The notes beneath the pieces are model-generated. The model was not told the origin of the DNA and ran no database searches. It saw nothing but the letters and a program-made list of their open reading frames with translations. Below, piece after piece: positions 44,257 through 54,554 of a stretch of 64,000 nucleotides of DNA. Source of the stretch: Spirochaetia bacterium (GTDB lineage Bacteria; Spirochaetota; Spirochaetia; UBA9216); NCBI GenBank assembly GCA_965140585.1, contig OZ223270.1, positions 608,001-672,000 on the forward strand. Reading direction: 5' to 3'. The translations under genes were made by a program, and so were the position numbers. Within the stretch, counting starts at the first letter, position 1. Each line of letters opens with the position of its first letter.

Positions 44257-45762
44257 ATGAGTACGAATGATTCCGTCTATATTGAGTTTAAAAATATCAC
44301 CAAACGTTTCGGCGCAACTACTGCGCTGGACAACGTCTCTTTTTCTATTGGTAAAGGCCGGGTTTGCGGCCTTGTTGGAGAGAACGGCAGCGGCAAATCC
44401 ACGCTTTCACTCATACTCGCCGGAATAACGGCATCGACCGACGGTAAAATTTATTTTGATGGAAAGAATTGGTCTCCCTCTAATGTCCTTGACGCCCAGA
44501 AAAACGGGGTTGCAATGATTGTGCAGGAAATGGGAACAATTTCGAATGTGAGTGTTGCTGAAAATATATTTCTCGGCCAGGAGCTTATATTTGGAAGAGG
44601 TCCGTTTATAAACCGAACCAATATGTTTCGAGAAGCTCAGAAGCTTCTTGCAGAACTTGAAATAACCGATTTCCAGGCGGAAACACCAACATCCCGACTG
44701 GATGCTCAGGAAAGAAAGCTTCTAGAAATTGCTAAAGCTATGTACTGGGAACCGAACGTATTTATTATTGACGAAACGACAACGGCTTTATCCCATACGG
44801 GCAGGGAGCTGTTGTACCGGCTTATTAATAAAATGAAGGAGCAGGGAAACACTGTTCTTTTTATCAGCCATGACCTCGATGAGATGATGTCTCATTGTGA
44901 TGAGCTTAATATTCTGCGTGACGGTCGTTTTATCGGTAAACTTGAAAAAGAAGCTTTCGATGAAGCTACGATCAAACAGATGATGGTCGGTCGTGAATTG
45001 TCCGGTAATTTCTACCGGAACGATACTGAAGGTTACGCCGAAGAAGTTGTCCTGACGGCCGACTGTATAACAACCCTCAATGATTTGCTCTGCTTTGATC
45101 TTGAGTTGCATAAGGGGGAAATCCTCGGAATCGGGGGATTGTCTAACTGCGGGATGCATACACTTGGAAAGGCGCTGTTTGGTATTGAAAAGGTTCTTGA
45201 CGGTGAAGTGCGTACCGGTGATGGAACTTTAATCAAAAAGACTAAAACAGCGATAGACTGCGGAGTGGGTTATCTCTCCAAGGATCGTGATACAGAATCA
45301 CTCGGGCTCCTCGGCACAATCCGTGAGAATATTCAAAGCACAGGCTACAAAATCAATCGGGGGCTCGGTCCATTTATTTCATTCGGAAAGGAAGCAGTTT
45401 ATGTTAGGAATCAGGTATCGGGGTTATCAATCAAGATAGCTTCAGAAAACCATTTGGTTCAGACACTTTCAGGCGGAAACAAGCAGAAGGTAGTGTTCGG
45501 GAAATGGATGGCCGCTGATTCCAATATTCTGATTATGGACTGCCCGACGAGAGGTGTTGATGTCGGTGTAAAAGCCGCTATGTACAAACTCATGTATGAT
45601 ATGAAAAAAGCCGGCAAGTCCATCATTCTTATCAGCGAAGAATTACCGGAATTGATCGGAATGAGTGACCGGATTCTCATTATGAAAGACGGGGCTATCT
45701 CCTGCGAGGTTATGAGGAAAGACTTGGTTGGAGAGCAGGAGCTTATTGAGGCTATGATTTAG
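44257..45762 (+). CDS. Sugar ABC transporter ATPase (CUT2, two domains)
   Basis: GENGSGKST; LSGGNKQK; PTRGVDVG. Confidence 0.95.
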   Translation: MSTNDSVYIEFKNITKRFGATTALDNVSFSIGKGRVCGLVGENGSGKSTLSLILAGITASTDGKIYFDGKNWSPSNVLDAQKNGVAMIVQEMGTISNVSVAENIFLGQELIFGRGPFINRTNMFREAQKLLAELEITDFQAETPTSRLDAQERKLLEIAKAMYWEPNVFIIDETTTALSHTGRELLYRLINKMKEQGNTVLFISHDLDEMMSHCDELNILRDGRFIGKLEKEAFDEATIKQMMVGRELSGNFYRNDTEGYAEEVVLTADCITTLNDLLCFDLELHKGEILGIGGLSNCGMHTLGKALFGIEKVLDGEVRTGDGTLIKKTKTAIDCGVGYLSKDRDTESLGLLGTIRENIQSTGYKINRGLGPFISFGKEAVYVRNQVSGLSIKIASENHLVQTLSGGNKQKVVFGKWMAADSNILIMDCPTRGVDVGVKAAMYKLMYDMKKAGKSIILISEELPELIGMSDRILIMKDGAISCEVMRKDLVGEQELIEAMI

Positions 45763-45777
45763 GGAGATGAATGGATA

Positions 45778-46737
45778 ATGAAGAAAAAATTGATGCAGAT
45801 ACGTGAAAGTCTCTTGTTTTCCCGGTTAATGCCTGTATTTGTTCTCCTGCTGATCGCCGGATTCTTTGCCGTGACAGTGGGCAGCCGGTTTATGAGTTTT
45901 AGAAACTTCAAGCTTCTATTCAACCAGGCTCTTATAACCGGTACGGTAGCAACCGGAGCGGTTTATATCTTCGCAACTAATAACGTGAATATTGCCATGG
46001 GCGCCAGTGTTGCCCTGGTGTCTACCCTTGCGACTATGGTTTACCTGTCCACTGAATCGATAATTCTTATGATGGTTGTCTCCATTATTCTCGGTGTTCT
46101 TCTGATGATGCTTATGTCCGTTTTGAGTACGGTCCTGAAAGTGAGCGTTATGTTCGTTTCAATAGTCATGATGATGCTTTTAGCAGCAGTACAGCAGACT
46201 ATTCTTGGAGCCAGTACATTGACCCTACCTTTTCAAATGACGATGGCTCTGTCGCAGGCTAACTTCACTCCAATTGCTTTTTCCGTCTTTTTTATTATCG
46301 CTGCAATAATCTTCCACTCTACGGCGGTAGGAAGGGCGATTCGTTTTATCGGGACCAATAAGGTTTGTGCTTCTCAGACGGGACTTTACGAAAGCAAATA
46401 TCTGCTCTGGGCATTCTTTATTACCGGTATAGGTGTCGGCCTGGCTTCCATTATGACGATTATCAGGAGCGGAACCATCAGCGTCAACACCGCCGTAAGT
46501 CTTAATATGGATGTTGTGCTGTCTATTGTCCTAGGGGGGATGTCCATTTTTGGAGGAACCAGGTCATTCATATACGCCGGATTTCTCGGCGCTATAACCG
46601 TTACGGTATTAAATAACGGGTTATTGATGCTGGGCGTCAGCCCCATGATTTTACAGATGGTACGTGGAATTATTTTTTTGACCTTGATATTTATTGGTCA
46701 GAAGCGGCCGGATAGGCTACCTTCTCCAAAAATATAA
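45778..46737 (+). CDS. Sugar ABC transporter permease
   Basis: Multi-TM; IVLGGMSIFGG. Confidence 0.9.
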   Translation: MKKKLMQIRESLLFSRLMPVFVLLLIAGFFAVTVGSRFMSFRNFKLLFNQALITGTVATGAVYIFATNNVNIAMGASVALVSTLATMVYLSTESIILMMVVSIILGVLLMMLMSVLSTVLKVSVMFVSIVMMMLLAAVQQTILGASTLTLPFQMTMALSQANFTPIAFSVFFIIAAIIFHSTAVGRAIRFIGTNKVCASQTGLYESKYLLWAFFITGIGVGLASIMTIIRSGTISVNTAVSLNMDVVLSIVLGGMSIFGGTRSFIYAGFLGAITVTVLNNGLLMLGVSPMILQMVRGIIFLTLIFIGQKRPDRLPSPKI

Positions 46738-46759
46738 TAAATTAAATGGAGGGATTAGA

Positions 46760-47983
46760 ATGAATCTAAAGAAAGGATTTTCTGTAGCTGTTTTGTTCCT
46801 GATGGTTCTCGGTGCTATGTTTGCCGGCGGCCAGCAGGAAGCAGGCGCTGAAACTCAGGAAACGTATACCATAGCAGTAGGTTGGTATGTCATCGATGCA
46901 AATACCCAGACGCGAATGAAATATCTGACGGAAGAGCTGGGGCCGGGCCTTGGACTGGAATTTATCTTCTCAGACGTAATTGATGACATAGGGGAAATGA
47001 TTACCTTTATTGAAAACTCCTATTCTGCAGGTGCGGATGCTGTATACAGCACTATTACCGATTCGGAACAGATTGCGGCAAAATGTAATGAGCTTGGTCT
47101 TTATCTGACAACTACAACCTCACGATACGCGGAAGATATTGCCACTATGCCCTATAACCTTGGAATCACTGGCGTAGACTTGAAGAAAGTAAGCTCTGCA
47201 TATGAAGAACTACTTAAGGCAAAACTGGATCCTTCCGAGCCGAAGAACTTCCTGATTATTTCGGGCGGAGCAGGTCTTGGTGTTACCTCTCATATTGAGG
47301 CTACCTCAACCATGCTCGCTCAGATTGAAAAGATCTACGGACTGAATTACAGTGAAGAAATTTCAGCTCTTACGAGATCCAGAGCCATTACAGATGTCGA
47401 TACCGGTTCCGACATAAAGGTTACCATTGCCCCGGGGTTCCCCAATATGGACGGTTACGTACAGGGTATATCCAGCCTGCTTCAGTCTGGAGAATATGAT
47501 GTAATGCTTTCTGTTTATCAGACAACAAATACCTTCGCTACCGCTGTAGAAGAGGTAGAGAAGGCTCTGAACAAGAACATTATAATCATGGGTACGGCAT
47601 CGTTTGGACCGCAGACAAAGACAGCATTTGAAACCCTAGATCCCTCCGGTAATCCTTCTTTCGACGGGGCTGTTATCTCCGCACTCACAGCCCAGGACGC
47701 TTTCAGCATCATGATGCTCTATAATGCCCTGACCGGTCATGTCGATCTTATCAAGCCGGACGGCCGTGCAGCTATCTTCGGTGCCGGAATGCTGGTTGTT
47801 AAAAACCTGGAAGAATATCAGAAACTCGAGATGCTCGATACAGGCGCAGGAACCTGGACTTACACAGCCGACGAAATAAAGCAGCTTTGTGCTGAGTATA
47901 ATCCTTCGGTTGAAACTGCTGACATCATCGCCGTTCTTGACCGTTTTTCAACTGAAGACCTGATCGAACGTCGCGGTTTCTAA
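46760..47983 (+). CDS. ABC transporter substrate-binding protein
   Basis: Signal ending MFAGGQQE, periplasmic binding protein-like sequence, position within the ABC operon. Confidence 0.75.
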   Translation: MNLKKGFSVAVLFLMVLGAMFAGGQQEAGAETQETYTIAVGWYVIDANTQTRMKYLTEELGPGLGLEFIFSDVIDDIGEMITFIENSYSAGADAVYSTITDSEQIAAKCNELGLYLTTTTSRYAEDIATMPYNLGITGVDLKKVSSAYEELLKAKLDPSEPKNFLIISGGAGLGVTSHIEATSTMLAQIEKIYGLNYSEEISALTRSRAITDVDTGSDIKVTIAPGFPNMDGYVQGISSLLQSGEYDVMLSVYQTTNTFATAVEEVEKALNKNIIIMGTASFGPQTKTAFETLDPSGNPSFDGAVISALTAQDAFSIMMLYNALTGHVDLIKPDGRAAIFGAGMLVVKNLEEYQKLEMLDTGAGTWTYTADEIKQLCAEYNPSVETADIIAVLDRFSTEDLIERRGF

Positions 47984-48013
47984 CAAATATTATCGAATAA
48001 GGTGGATGAATAG

Positions 48014-49042
48014 ATGGAAAAAATGAAACAGCTTAAAGCAAAGATAAGAAACATTGTATTTGTGCTTTCCATCCCGGCAGCTGTGTATATTGTCATGGAA
48101 ATGATTGTGTATTTCGGCGCCGACACCCACTTGCTAAACTCGGTCCTGGATGTGAGAAATCTCCTCCGGGACTTGGGTATTTCAACGTCAATAGCTTTTG
48201 GTCTTTCGCTCAATCTGGCGAGCGGTCGATTTGATCTCTCGTTGGGAGCCCAGCGATTGGTCGGTACAATCATCGGGGGCAATATAGCCGTGATGCTCGG
48301 TTTTAACGGAGTTCTTTTGCTGGTGATTTCAATGCTCTCCGGCCTGGTGTTCGGATTTATTGTGGGAATGGTATTTATCACCTTCCGTGTGCCGCCGGTT
48401 GTGCTTGGGATCGGCATGGCTCTTATCTATGAGAGTCTTGCCTTTGCGGCGTCCTCCGGGCAGGGGCTTCAGTTATTCGGCGTACCGAATATGGGAATAC
48501 TGGTAAACCCGGCTTTTACCCTGGTTGTTCTTGGTCTCATTATGGTCGGTATGTATGTGCTCTTTTCATGGACAAAATTCAGGTATGAACTGAATGCTGT
48601 TCAGGGCTCCCAGAAGATCGCACACGAATCAGGTGTGAATATATTTCGTCATGTTGTAATCTGCTACACACTCGCCGGCGCACTGGTTTCAGTTTCAGGT
48701 GTTTTCAACGCGGCTTTTACAGGGTCAATGACTCCCACAATCGGTCTTACCAGTAACGGAGCGGTTGTCGCCATGTGCTTTCCCATGTTTATCGGAAATT
48801 ACCTGGCCAGGAGATCAAACATGGCCGTTGGAATCCTTATGGGAACCCTTGCTCTGAAGTTTTTTGTCCTCGGTTTAACGGCCCTGAAACTGCCGTCGGC
48901 GCTGCAGTTAGCACTGAATATGTTTGCATTCATCGGGTTTCTGGTTTTCCTCGCCAATCAGGATGTCTTCAAAATTCGTCGTGCAAGGCACGCAAGAATA
49001 AAGGAAGCTGCTGCAATGAAACTAAGCTTGGGCAGGGCCTAG
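48014..49042 (+). CDS. Sugar ABC transporter permease
   Basis: Multi-TM; SGRFDLSLG. Confidence 0.9.
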   Translation: MEKMKQLKAKIRNIVFVLSIPAAVYIVMEMIVYFGADTHLLNSVLDVRNLLRDLGISTSIAFGLSLNLASGRFDLSLGAQRLVGTIIGGNIAVMLGFNGVLLLVISMLSGLVFGFIVGMVFITFRVPPVVLGIGMALIYESLAFAASSGQGLQLFGVPNMGILVNPAFTLVVLGLIMVGMYVLFSWTKFRYELNAVQGSQKIAHESGVNIFRHVVICYTLAGALVSVSGVFNAAFTGSMTPTIGLTSNGAVVAMCFPMFIGNYLARRSNMAVGILMGTLALKFFVLGLTALKLPSALQLALNMFAFIGFLVFLANQDVFKIRRARHARIKEAAAMKLSLGRA

Positions 49043-49080
49043 AAACGTTTTAACTCTTTGTTAAATACGGAGCAGAATAA

Positions 49081-49767
49081 ATGTAGCCGAATATACTCAT
49101 TTTTAATCCTGACCAGATGAGGCGTGATGCACTCGGCCATCTTGGAAGCGATGCAGCGATAATCCCTCATATTGATAAATTTGCTTCAGAAGATGCTGTT
49201 TCTTTCAGCAGCGCTTATAGTCAAAACCCGGTTTGTGTGCCCAGCCGCTGCAGTTTCCTTAGCGGTTTATATCCTCATGTCCGAGGGCATCGAACATTGA
49301 GTCACATGCTTCATCAGGATGAATCTTCTCTCTTTAAAGAATTGTTAGACGACGGTTATTATGTATGGATGAATCCCCGGAACGATTTTCTTCCTGCACA
49401 GAATGAAGGTGTTTTTGATGATACCTCTATATATGTATTAAGTGATCATGGTGATTATATAGGAGATTATGGGATTGCTGAGAAGATACAAAATACCTTT
49501 GAAGAATGCCTGGTAAATGTGCCGTTTATGATTAAACCTCAGAAATATGAGATTGCGCATACTAAAGCAACAATGATACGTTTAGAAAACTTTAAATATA
49601 TTCGTCGTCTTTATGAGCAGGACAAAAGATTCAATTTTGAAATGATTAGGAACAGGGTGAAAAGATTATGTCCTGAACAACTGGTAGAGGAAGTACAGTC
49701 TGATATCAGGAATGGTGCAGATTTATTTCAGCTTTTACAGCGATTAAGGCAGATGAAATCTACATGA
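49081..49767 (+). pseudogene. Sulfatase pseudogene
   Basis: ATG-TAG-PNILIFNPDQMR (stop at codon 2); CVPSR formylglycine motif; SDHGD only about 70 aa later, implying large internal deletions. Confidence 0.82.
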
Positions 49768-50232
49768 TAATTAAGAATATATAGATTTTAGATCCTGATA
49801 GTTAGTTGGGTTGAACCCTTGCCCGTATGGGACCCTATGATACCGAAAGCATCGCAAGCCCGAAGTAGCCGTGGAAAGGGGCGGAGAACTGCCAGGAAAT
49901 CGGCAAAATCTTTCATGTGAGACCTCCATATATTTTTTACTTTTAGTCAAAAATATCCTCATCTATTTATAGAAATCCCTGTATCCCCTTCCTCCGGGTT
50001 TACAATTATTCTCGTAAAGAGAATGTATTATCTGTTGAATGAAAACCGGCAGGTCACTTGCGGAATTTCTATCGGCGAGAACCTGTTGGAAATTTATCAA
50101 AATTCGACAGAGAACATGGTTCTACCATACGTGTGGAAACCAGCGTTTGATGCAAAGCAAAACTAAATAGTGCTTCAGATTCCCCGGTATCTGGCCGGTG
50201 GGATCATGAAATAAAAAAACGGAGGAAAAAGA

Positions 50233-51849
50233 ATGAAGAAATCTGTAAAAATTATGTTTTTCATTACTCTCGTGGCTATCGCCACACTTGTTATGTCATG
50301 CGTCAGTTCATCTGGTTCGGAACAAGCAGCCACCCAACATATGGATTCAGAATCTATATTGGTAGATGGTGGAAGTATTAGTGGAATTTATTCTGCTGAT
50401 GGTAAAGTTAAAATTTTTAAGGGCATTCCTTTCGCGGCGCCACCGGTCGGTGATCTGCGATGGAAAGCTCCACAGCCTGTAATAGCATGGGATGGGGTCA
50501 AAGAGTGTAATGATTATTCAAATTATGCTTTTCAGAATCCTTTGGCTCCCTATGGACCTTATACGGCGGAATTTAAACCTGACTCGGAGAAAGTTCCCTC
50601 TGAAGACTGTCTTTATTTGAATGTCTGGACTAAAAATGAAAAAATGTCTGAAAAACTTCCCGTTGTAGTTTTCATTCATGGAGGCGGTAATACTTCGGGT
50701 ACATCGGGTAGCTTTGTCTATGAAGGGGAGAATCTTGCCCGAAAAGATGTTGTTTTTGTAAGTATCAACTACAGATTGGGTCTTTTCGGTTTTCTTGCGC
50801 ATCCGGAGTTATCAGCAGAATCCGAGGATGGTGTATCAGGGAATTACGCCATTCTGGATCAGATTGCTGCATTAAACTGGATTCAGAACAATATCGAAAA
50901 ATTCGGGGGAGATCCGGATAATGTGACTCTCGTAGGGCAGTCTGCCGGTTCCATGGATATTCAGTACCTTATTTCTTCACCCATGGCCAAGGGCCTTTTT
51001 GATAATGCGGTTACCATGAGTGCTAACGTGATATTGGACTCCCTGCCGCCTTTAGCCGTAAAGGAAGAAGAAACAGTAAATTTGTTGAGTGGAAAAACTA
51101 TTGATGAATTGAGGGCTATGGAACCGGAGGAATTGTTAAAGATCCGGTATAACGCCGTACCGGTTCTTGATGGTAAAGTTTTAGATAGAGATTTACTTGA
51201 TTCTTACACAGAAGGCTCTGCCGGTGATGTTAATCTCATGACGGGTATGGTTACTCAGGACTCTGTACTGTTTCCTTTTCTCCCGAAAATTGGAGTCAAA
51301 AAGTTCTGGCTTCCGATGACAAGTATTTCCAAAGAAGATTACATATCTGTTGTTGAACAAACTCTTGGCCCATTGGCTGAAGAGGCTCTTGCTTTATACG
51401 CACCGAAATCATCTGAATGCATTGATCAGTATAATGAAATGAATCAGGATTATACGATGGCTTTACAGTCTTTTGTGGGAACTGTAAGAGAGATCAAGTA
51501 TAAAAAATCAACATACATATATAAATTTACTCAGCTGATGCCTGGCCCTGAGGCGTCGCTTAATGGTGTTTTCCATACATCCGATGTTCCATACTGGTTG
51601 AATAATTTCTCACCTGTAAAAGCAGATTACTGGGCAGGTATCGATTATAAGATTGGCGATATTATGTCATCATATTTGGTGAATTTCGCTAAAACAGGAA
51701 ATCCGAATGGCGCCGGACTTCCCGAGTGGGATTCTTTTAATCGTGAAGAGATATCCTATTTGAAAATTGGAGATCCGATTACGACTGTCAAATTCAGTAC
51801 CGAAAAGTATAATTTCTGGAAAGAATATCTTTCAACTGCAGGATTGTAA
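50233..51849 (+). CDS. Type-B carboxylesterase lipoprotein
   Basis: Lipobox VMSC; GIPFAAPP, SEDCLYLNVW, HGGG, GQSAG, FHTSD. Confidence 0.93.
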   Translation: MKKSVKIMFFITLVAIATLVMSCVSSSGSEQAATQHMDSESILVDGGSISGIYSADGKVKIFKGIPFAAPPVGDLRWKAPQPVIAWDGVKECNDYSNYAFQNPLAPYGPYTAEFKPDSEKVPSEDCLYLNVWTKNEKMSEKLPVVVFIHGGGNTSGTSGSFVYEGENLARKDVVFVSINYRLGLFGFLAHPELSAESEDGVSGNYAILDQIAALNWIQNNIEKFGGDPDNVTLVGQSAGSMDIQYLISSPMAKGLFDNAVTMSANVILDSLPPLAVKEEETVNLLSGKTIDELRAMEPEELLKIRYNAVPVLDGKVLDRDLLDSYTEGSAGDVNLMTGMVTQDSVLFPFLPKIGVKKFWLPMTSISKEDYISVVEQTLGPLAEEALALYAPKSSECIDQYNEMNQDYTMALQSFVGTVREIKYKKSTYIYKFTQLMPGPEASLNGVFHTSDVPYWLNNFSPVKADYWAGIDYKIGDIMSSYLVNFAKTGNPNGAGLPEWDSFNREEISYLKIGDPITTVKFSTEKYNFWKEYLSTAGL

Positions 51850-51859
51850 ATTCAGTATT

Positions 51860-51894
51860 GTCCCGGCATTTATATTTTAAATAAATGCCGGGAC
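51860..51894. terminator. Bidirectional intrinsic terminator
   Basis: GTCCCGGCATTTA...TAAATGCCGGGAC perfect 13-bp stem between convergent genes. Confidence 0.8.
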
Positions 51895-51956
51895 TAAATA
51901 TTTTCTATTTTAAACAGCTTTTAGCGTGTGAATGTAAAAAGATAACCATCGGTCTT

Positions 51957-53204
51957 TTATATAACTCTGGGCAGGGTTGAACCCCCATACGGCATCACTA
52001 TAATAGAAGCGTTCTTCCCAAGCCTTTCAAGTGCATCATCCAGAGCTTTTCCAACACTATTAAAAGGTTTCATAAAAATTGATTTTACAAGATCATCGTT
52101 TAACTCTGAAACAAGATAGATATCAGCATCTTCAAGAACCAGGGCAATAGCAGCTGCTTTATGTCCTCCTAATTGAAAATTCGATTTGATCCTTTTTATA
52201 AGTGACTGTGAATCCGGTGCAGAAAGCAGCCATTCTTCAAAAACATCCTCACCAAAACCTTCAGCACAGGAGCCGACCAATATAATTATCCCGCCTTTTC
52301 TTACAGCATGTTTTGCATTATCCAGAGCTTTTTGGGTTTGATATAAATTAAGATCTTTCGGTGCTCCGCCCTGTGAAACTATTACGATATCTGCACGAGA
52401 CTTGATATTTTTCAGATAGAGTTTATCGAGAAAGTCACACCCTCTACGGTGAGCCTTGATGAAATCTCCGGCTACCGCAAATATAACCTTTTTATGTGCA
52501 TCAAGTACCACATTAACAATAAAGTCTATAGGACATATCCGCCCGGCCTCTTCAATATCATCCCGGACAGGATTTCCTTCCAGCCGGCCGGCAATTGCTT
52601 CGGGCTGTATCATTTTACTGTGATTTGACTGTATTGCTCTTCGGGTAGATACGCCAGGCATGATTGCTTTTGCGCCTCCGCTGTATCCTGCAAAATAATG
52701 GTACTCAATATTTCCAAGACATATTCTTCTATCTGCTTCAGCTACTCTCCTAGTAATCTCCACAGGGGTTCCGCCCGATGTGACCCCCATTGTTATGATA
52801 TCATTGGGATTTGAATCTACACAGTATATTTCCTTGACAATCTCTGAACCGGCAAGTTTCTCAAATTCCTGAATAGTATGATTCCGATGAATTCCAAGAG
52901 CGAAAACAACCGTTATATCCTCTTTTGCTATACCTGCAGATAATAATTCATCCAGTAAAACAGGCAATACAATAGAGGTCGGAAACGGTCTGGTAATATC
53001 ACTTGTAATAATTACAATTTTCTCCCCCGGTTTTATAATGTTACTTATTCGTTCTGTACCTATAGGATTACGAATGGCCCGCAACACTTCCTCTTTACCG
53101 GAAGATAATATCTCTACGTCATTTGGTTCCAGTATATCAAGAATATTTTCCTCAGGAATCTCTACTTCCTGAGGGCTTTTTCCAAATCCTAGTGACAACT
53201 TCAT
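51957..53204 (-). CDS. larA: Nickel-pincer-dependent LarA-family racemase (possibly malate racemase)
   Basis: SDITR, ALGIHR, EYHYFAGYSGGAK, DLNLYQTQKAL match LarA catalytic His/Lys motifs; substrate inferred only. Confidence 0.85.
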   Translation of the reverse strand: MKLSLGFGKSPQEVEIPEENILDILEPNDVEILSSGKEEVLRAIRNPIGTERISNIIKPGEKIVIITSDITRPFPTSIVLPVLLDELLSAGIAKEDITVVFALGIHRNHTIQEFEKLAGSEIVKEIYCVDSNPNDIITMGVTSGGTPVEITRRVAEADRRICLGNIEYHYFAGYSGGAKAIMPGVSTRRAIQSNHSKMIQPEAIAGRLEGNPVRDDIEEAGRICPIDFIVNVVLDAHKKVIFAVAGDFIKAHRRGCDFLDKLYLKNIKSRADIVIVSQGGAPKDLNLYQTQKALDNAKHAVRKGGIIILVGSCAEGFGEDVFEEWLLSAPDSQSLIKRIKSNFQLGGHKAAAIALVLEDADIYLVSELNDDLVKSIFMKPFNSVGKALDDALERLGKNASIIVMPYGGSTLPRVI

Positions 53205-53206
53205 AA

Positions 53207-54385
53207 TCAGATCCTCATTCTTGCAACACCGCTTTCACGGGCAGCTTCAATTACTGCGCTCGAAACAGAGTCCTTAACCCTTGATTCAAATGCCTTTGGA
53301 ATTATATATTCCGGACAAAGTTCAGAATCACTAACAAGCCCTGCCAGCGCATACGCAGCAGCTATCTTCATTTCATCATTTATATCAGAAGCCCTAACGT
53401 CAAGCGCACCACGGAAAATCCCCGGAAACGCCAAAACATTATTTATCTGATTGGGAAAATCACTTCTTCCGGTACCTACTACTGCAGCACCTGCGACCAG
53501 CGCCTGTTCAGGCATAATTTCAGGGGTAGGATTTGCCATAGGAAAGAGAATAGGCTCTTCTGCCATCGATTTCACCATTTCTGCAGTCACAGTACCCGGT
53601 GCTGATACTCCAATAAAAACATCTGCTCCCTTTATCACCTCTGTAAGGCTGCCTTTTTCTTTATTTTTATTAGTTATTAAAGATAACTCATCTTTTTCCG
53701 TATTAAGTCCTGACCGGCCGGTATAGATAGCGCCTTGCCTGTCGCACATAGTTACATTCTCAAGACCTAATGAGATAAGAAGTTTTATTATTGCTACACC
53801 CGCGGCACCAGCCCCGCTTGTTACGACCTTAATCTTTTTCAGTTCTTTCCCTGTTAGCTTCAATGCATTTATCATAGCAGCCAGAACAACGACAGCGGTT
53901 CCATGCTGATCATCATGAAAAATTGGAATATCACAGCGCTCTTTTAATTTTCGTTCTATCTCAAAGCAGCGAGGTGCTGATATATCTTCAAGGTTTATTC
54001 CGCCGAAACTACCCGCCAAAAGAGCGCAGGTTTCTACTATAGTATCAACCTCTTTGGAACGAATACATAGCGGAACAGCATCTACATTACCAAAACTTTT
54101 AAAAAGAACACATTTCCCTTCCATTACCGGCATTGCAGCTTCCGGTCCGATATCACCCAAGCCTAAAACTGCCGTACCGTCGGTAACTACAGCAACCGTA
54201 TTCCATCGTCCCGTCAACTCATAACTTTTATCAGGATCTTTCTGTATTTCCAGACAAGGCTGGGCTACACCAGGAGTATAAGCAAGAGATAAATCTTCTT
54301 TTGTTGATACTTTCATTTTGGGAACAATCTCAAATTTTCCTCTCCATTCGGCGTGAAGCTTAAGAGATTCCTTTGCATAATCCAT
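53207..54385 (-). CDS. NAD(P)-dependent malic enzyme (short type)
   Basis: LSLAYTPGVA, TDGTAVLGLGDIG, INLEDI, FHDDQHGT, GAGAAG, MANPTPEI, NQINNVLAFPG. Confidence 0.96.
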   Translation of the reverse strand: MDYAKESLKLHAEWRGKFEIVPKMKVSTKEDLSLAYTPGVAQPCLEIQKDPDKSYELTGRWNTVAVVTDGTAVLGLGDIGPEAAMPVMEGKCVLFKSFGNVDAVPLCIRSKEVDTIVETCALLAGSFGGINLEDISAPRCFEIERKLKERCDIPIFHDDQHGTAVVVLAAMINALKLTGKELKKIKVVTSGAGAAGVAIIKLLISLGLENVTMCDRQGAIYTGRSGLNTEKDELSLITNKNKEKGSLTEVIKGADVFIGVSAPGTVTAEMVKSMAEEPILFPMANPTPEIMPEQALVAGAAVVGTGRSDFPNQINNVLAFPGIFRGALDVRASDINDEMKIAAAYALAGLVSDSELCPEYIIPKAFESRVKDSVSSAVIEAARESGVARMRI

Positions 54386-54486
54386 AATAACCCTCCAGGT
54401 ATTTTTCTACTTAACTTATATTGAGAATATTGAATTTTGATCATTCCTTTAGGGAAGATTCACTAATAATAAAAACGTCATAGTAA

Positions 54487-54522
54487 TCAGGGAATGCCTT
54501 CATCGTTTTGACATTCCCTGAT
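54487..54522 (-). terminator. Stem-loop between the transporter and malic enzyme
   Basis: ATCAGGGAATG...CATTCCCTGAT 11-bp stem. Confidence 0.55.
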
Positions 54523-54554
54523 AGTAACTGTGAATATGGGGGTAATTAAACTAA

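Noticed and set aside
21230-49086. Amber recoding or pyrrolysine suggested by TAG at a conserved Trp (21230) and at sulfatase codon 2 (49084)
   Set aside because: Many intact genes here end in TAG (e.g. 7538, 14533, 45762, 49042), no pyl genes are visible, and the sulfatase is otherwise decayed.
49790-49930. c-di-AMP (ydaO) or c-di-GMP riboswitch
   Set aside because: Only scattered words (TTGGGTTGAA, CCCGAA, GGCAAA) match; consensus order and stems were not recoverable by eye.
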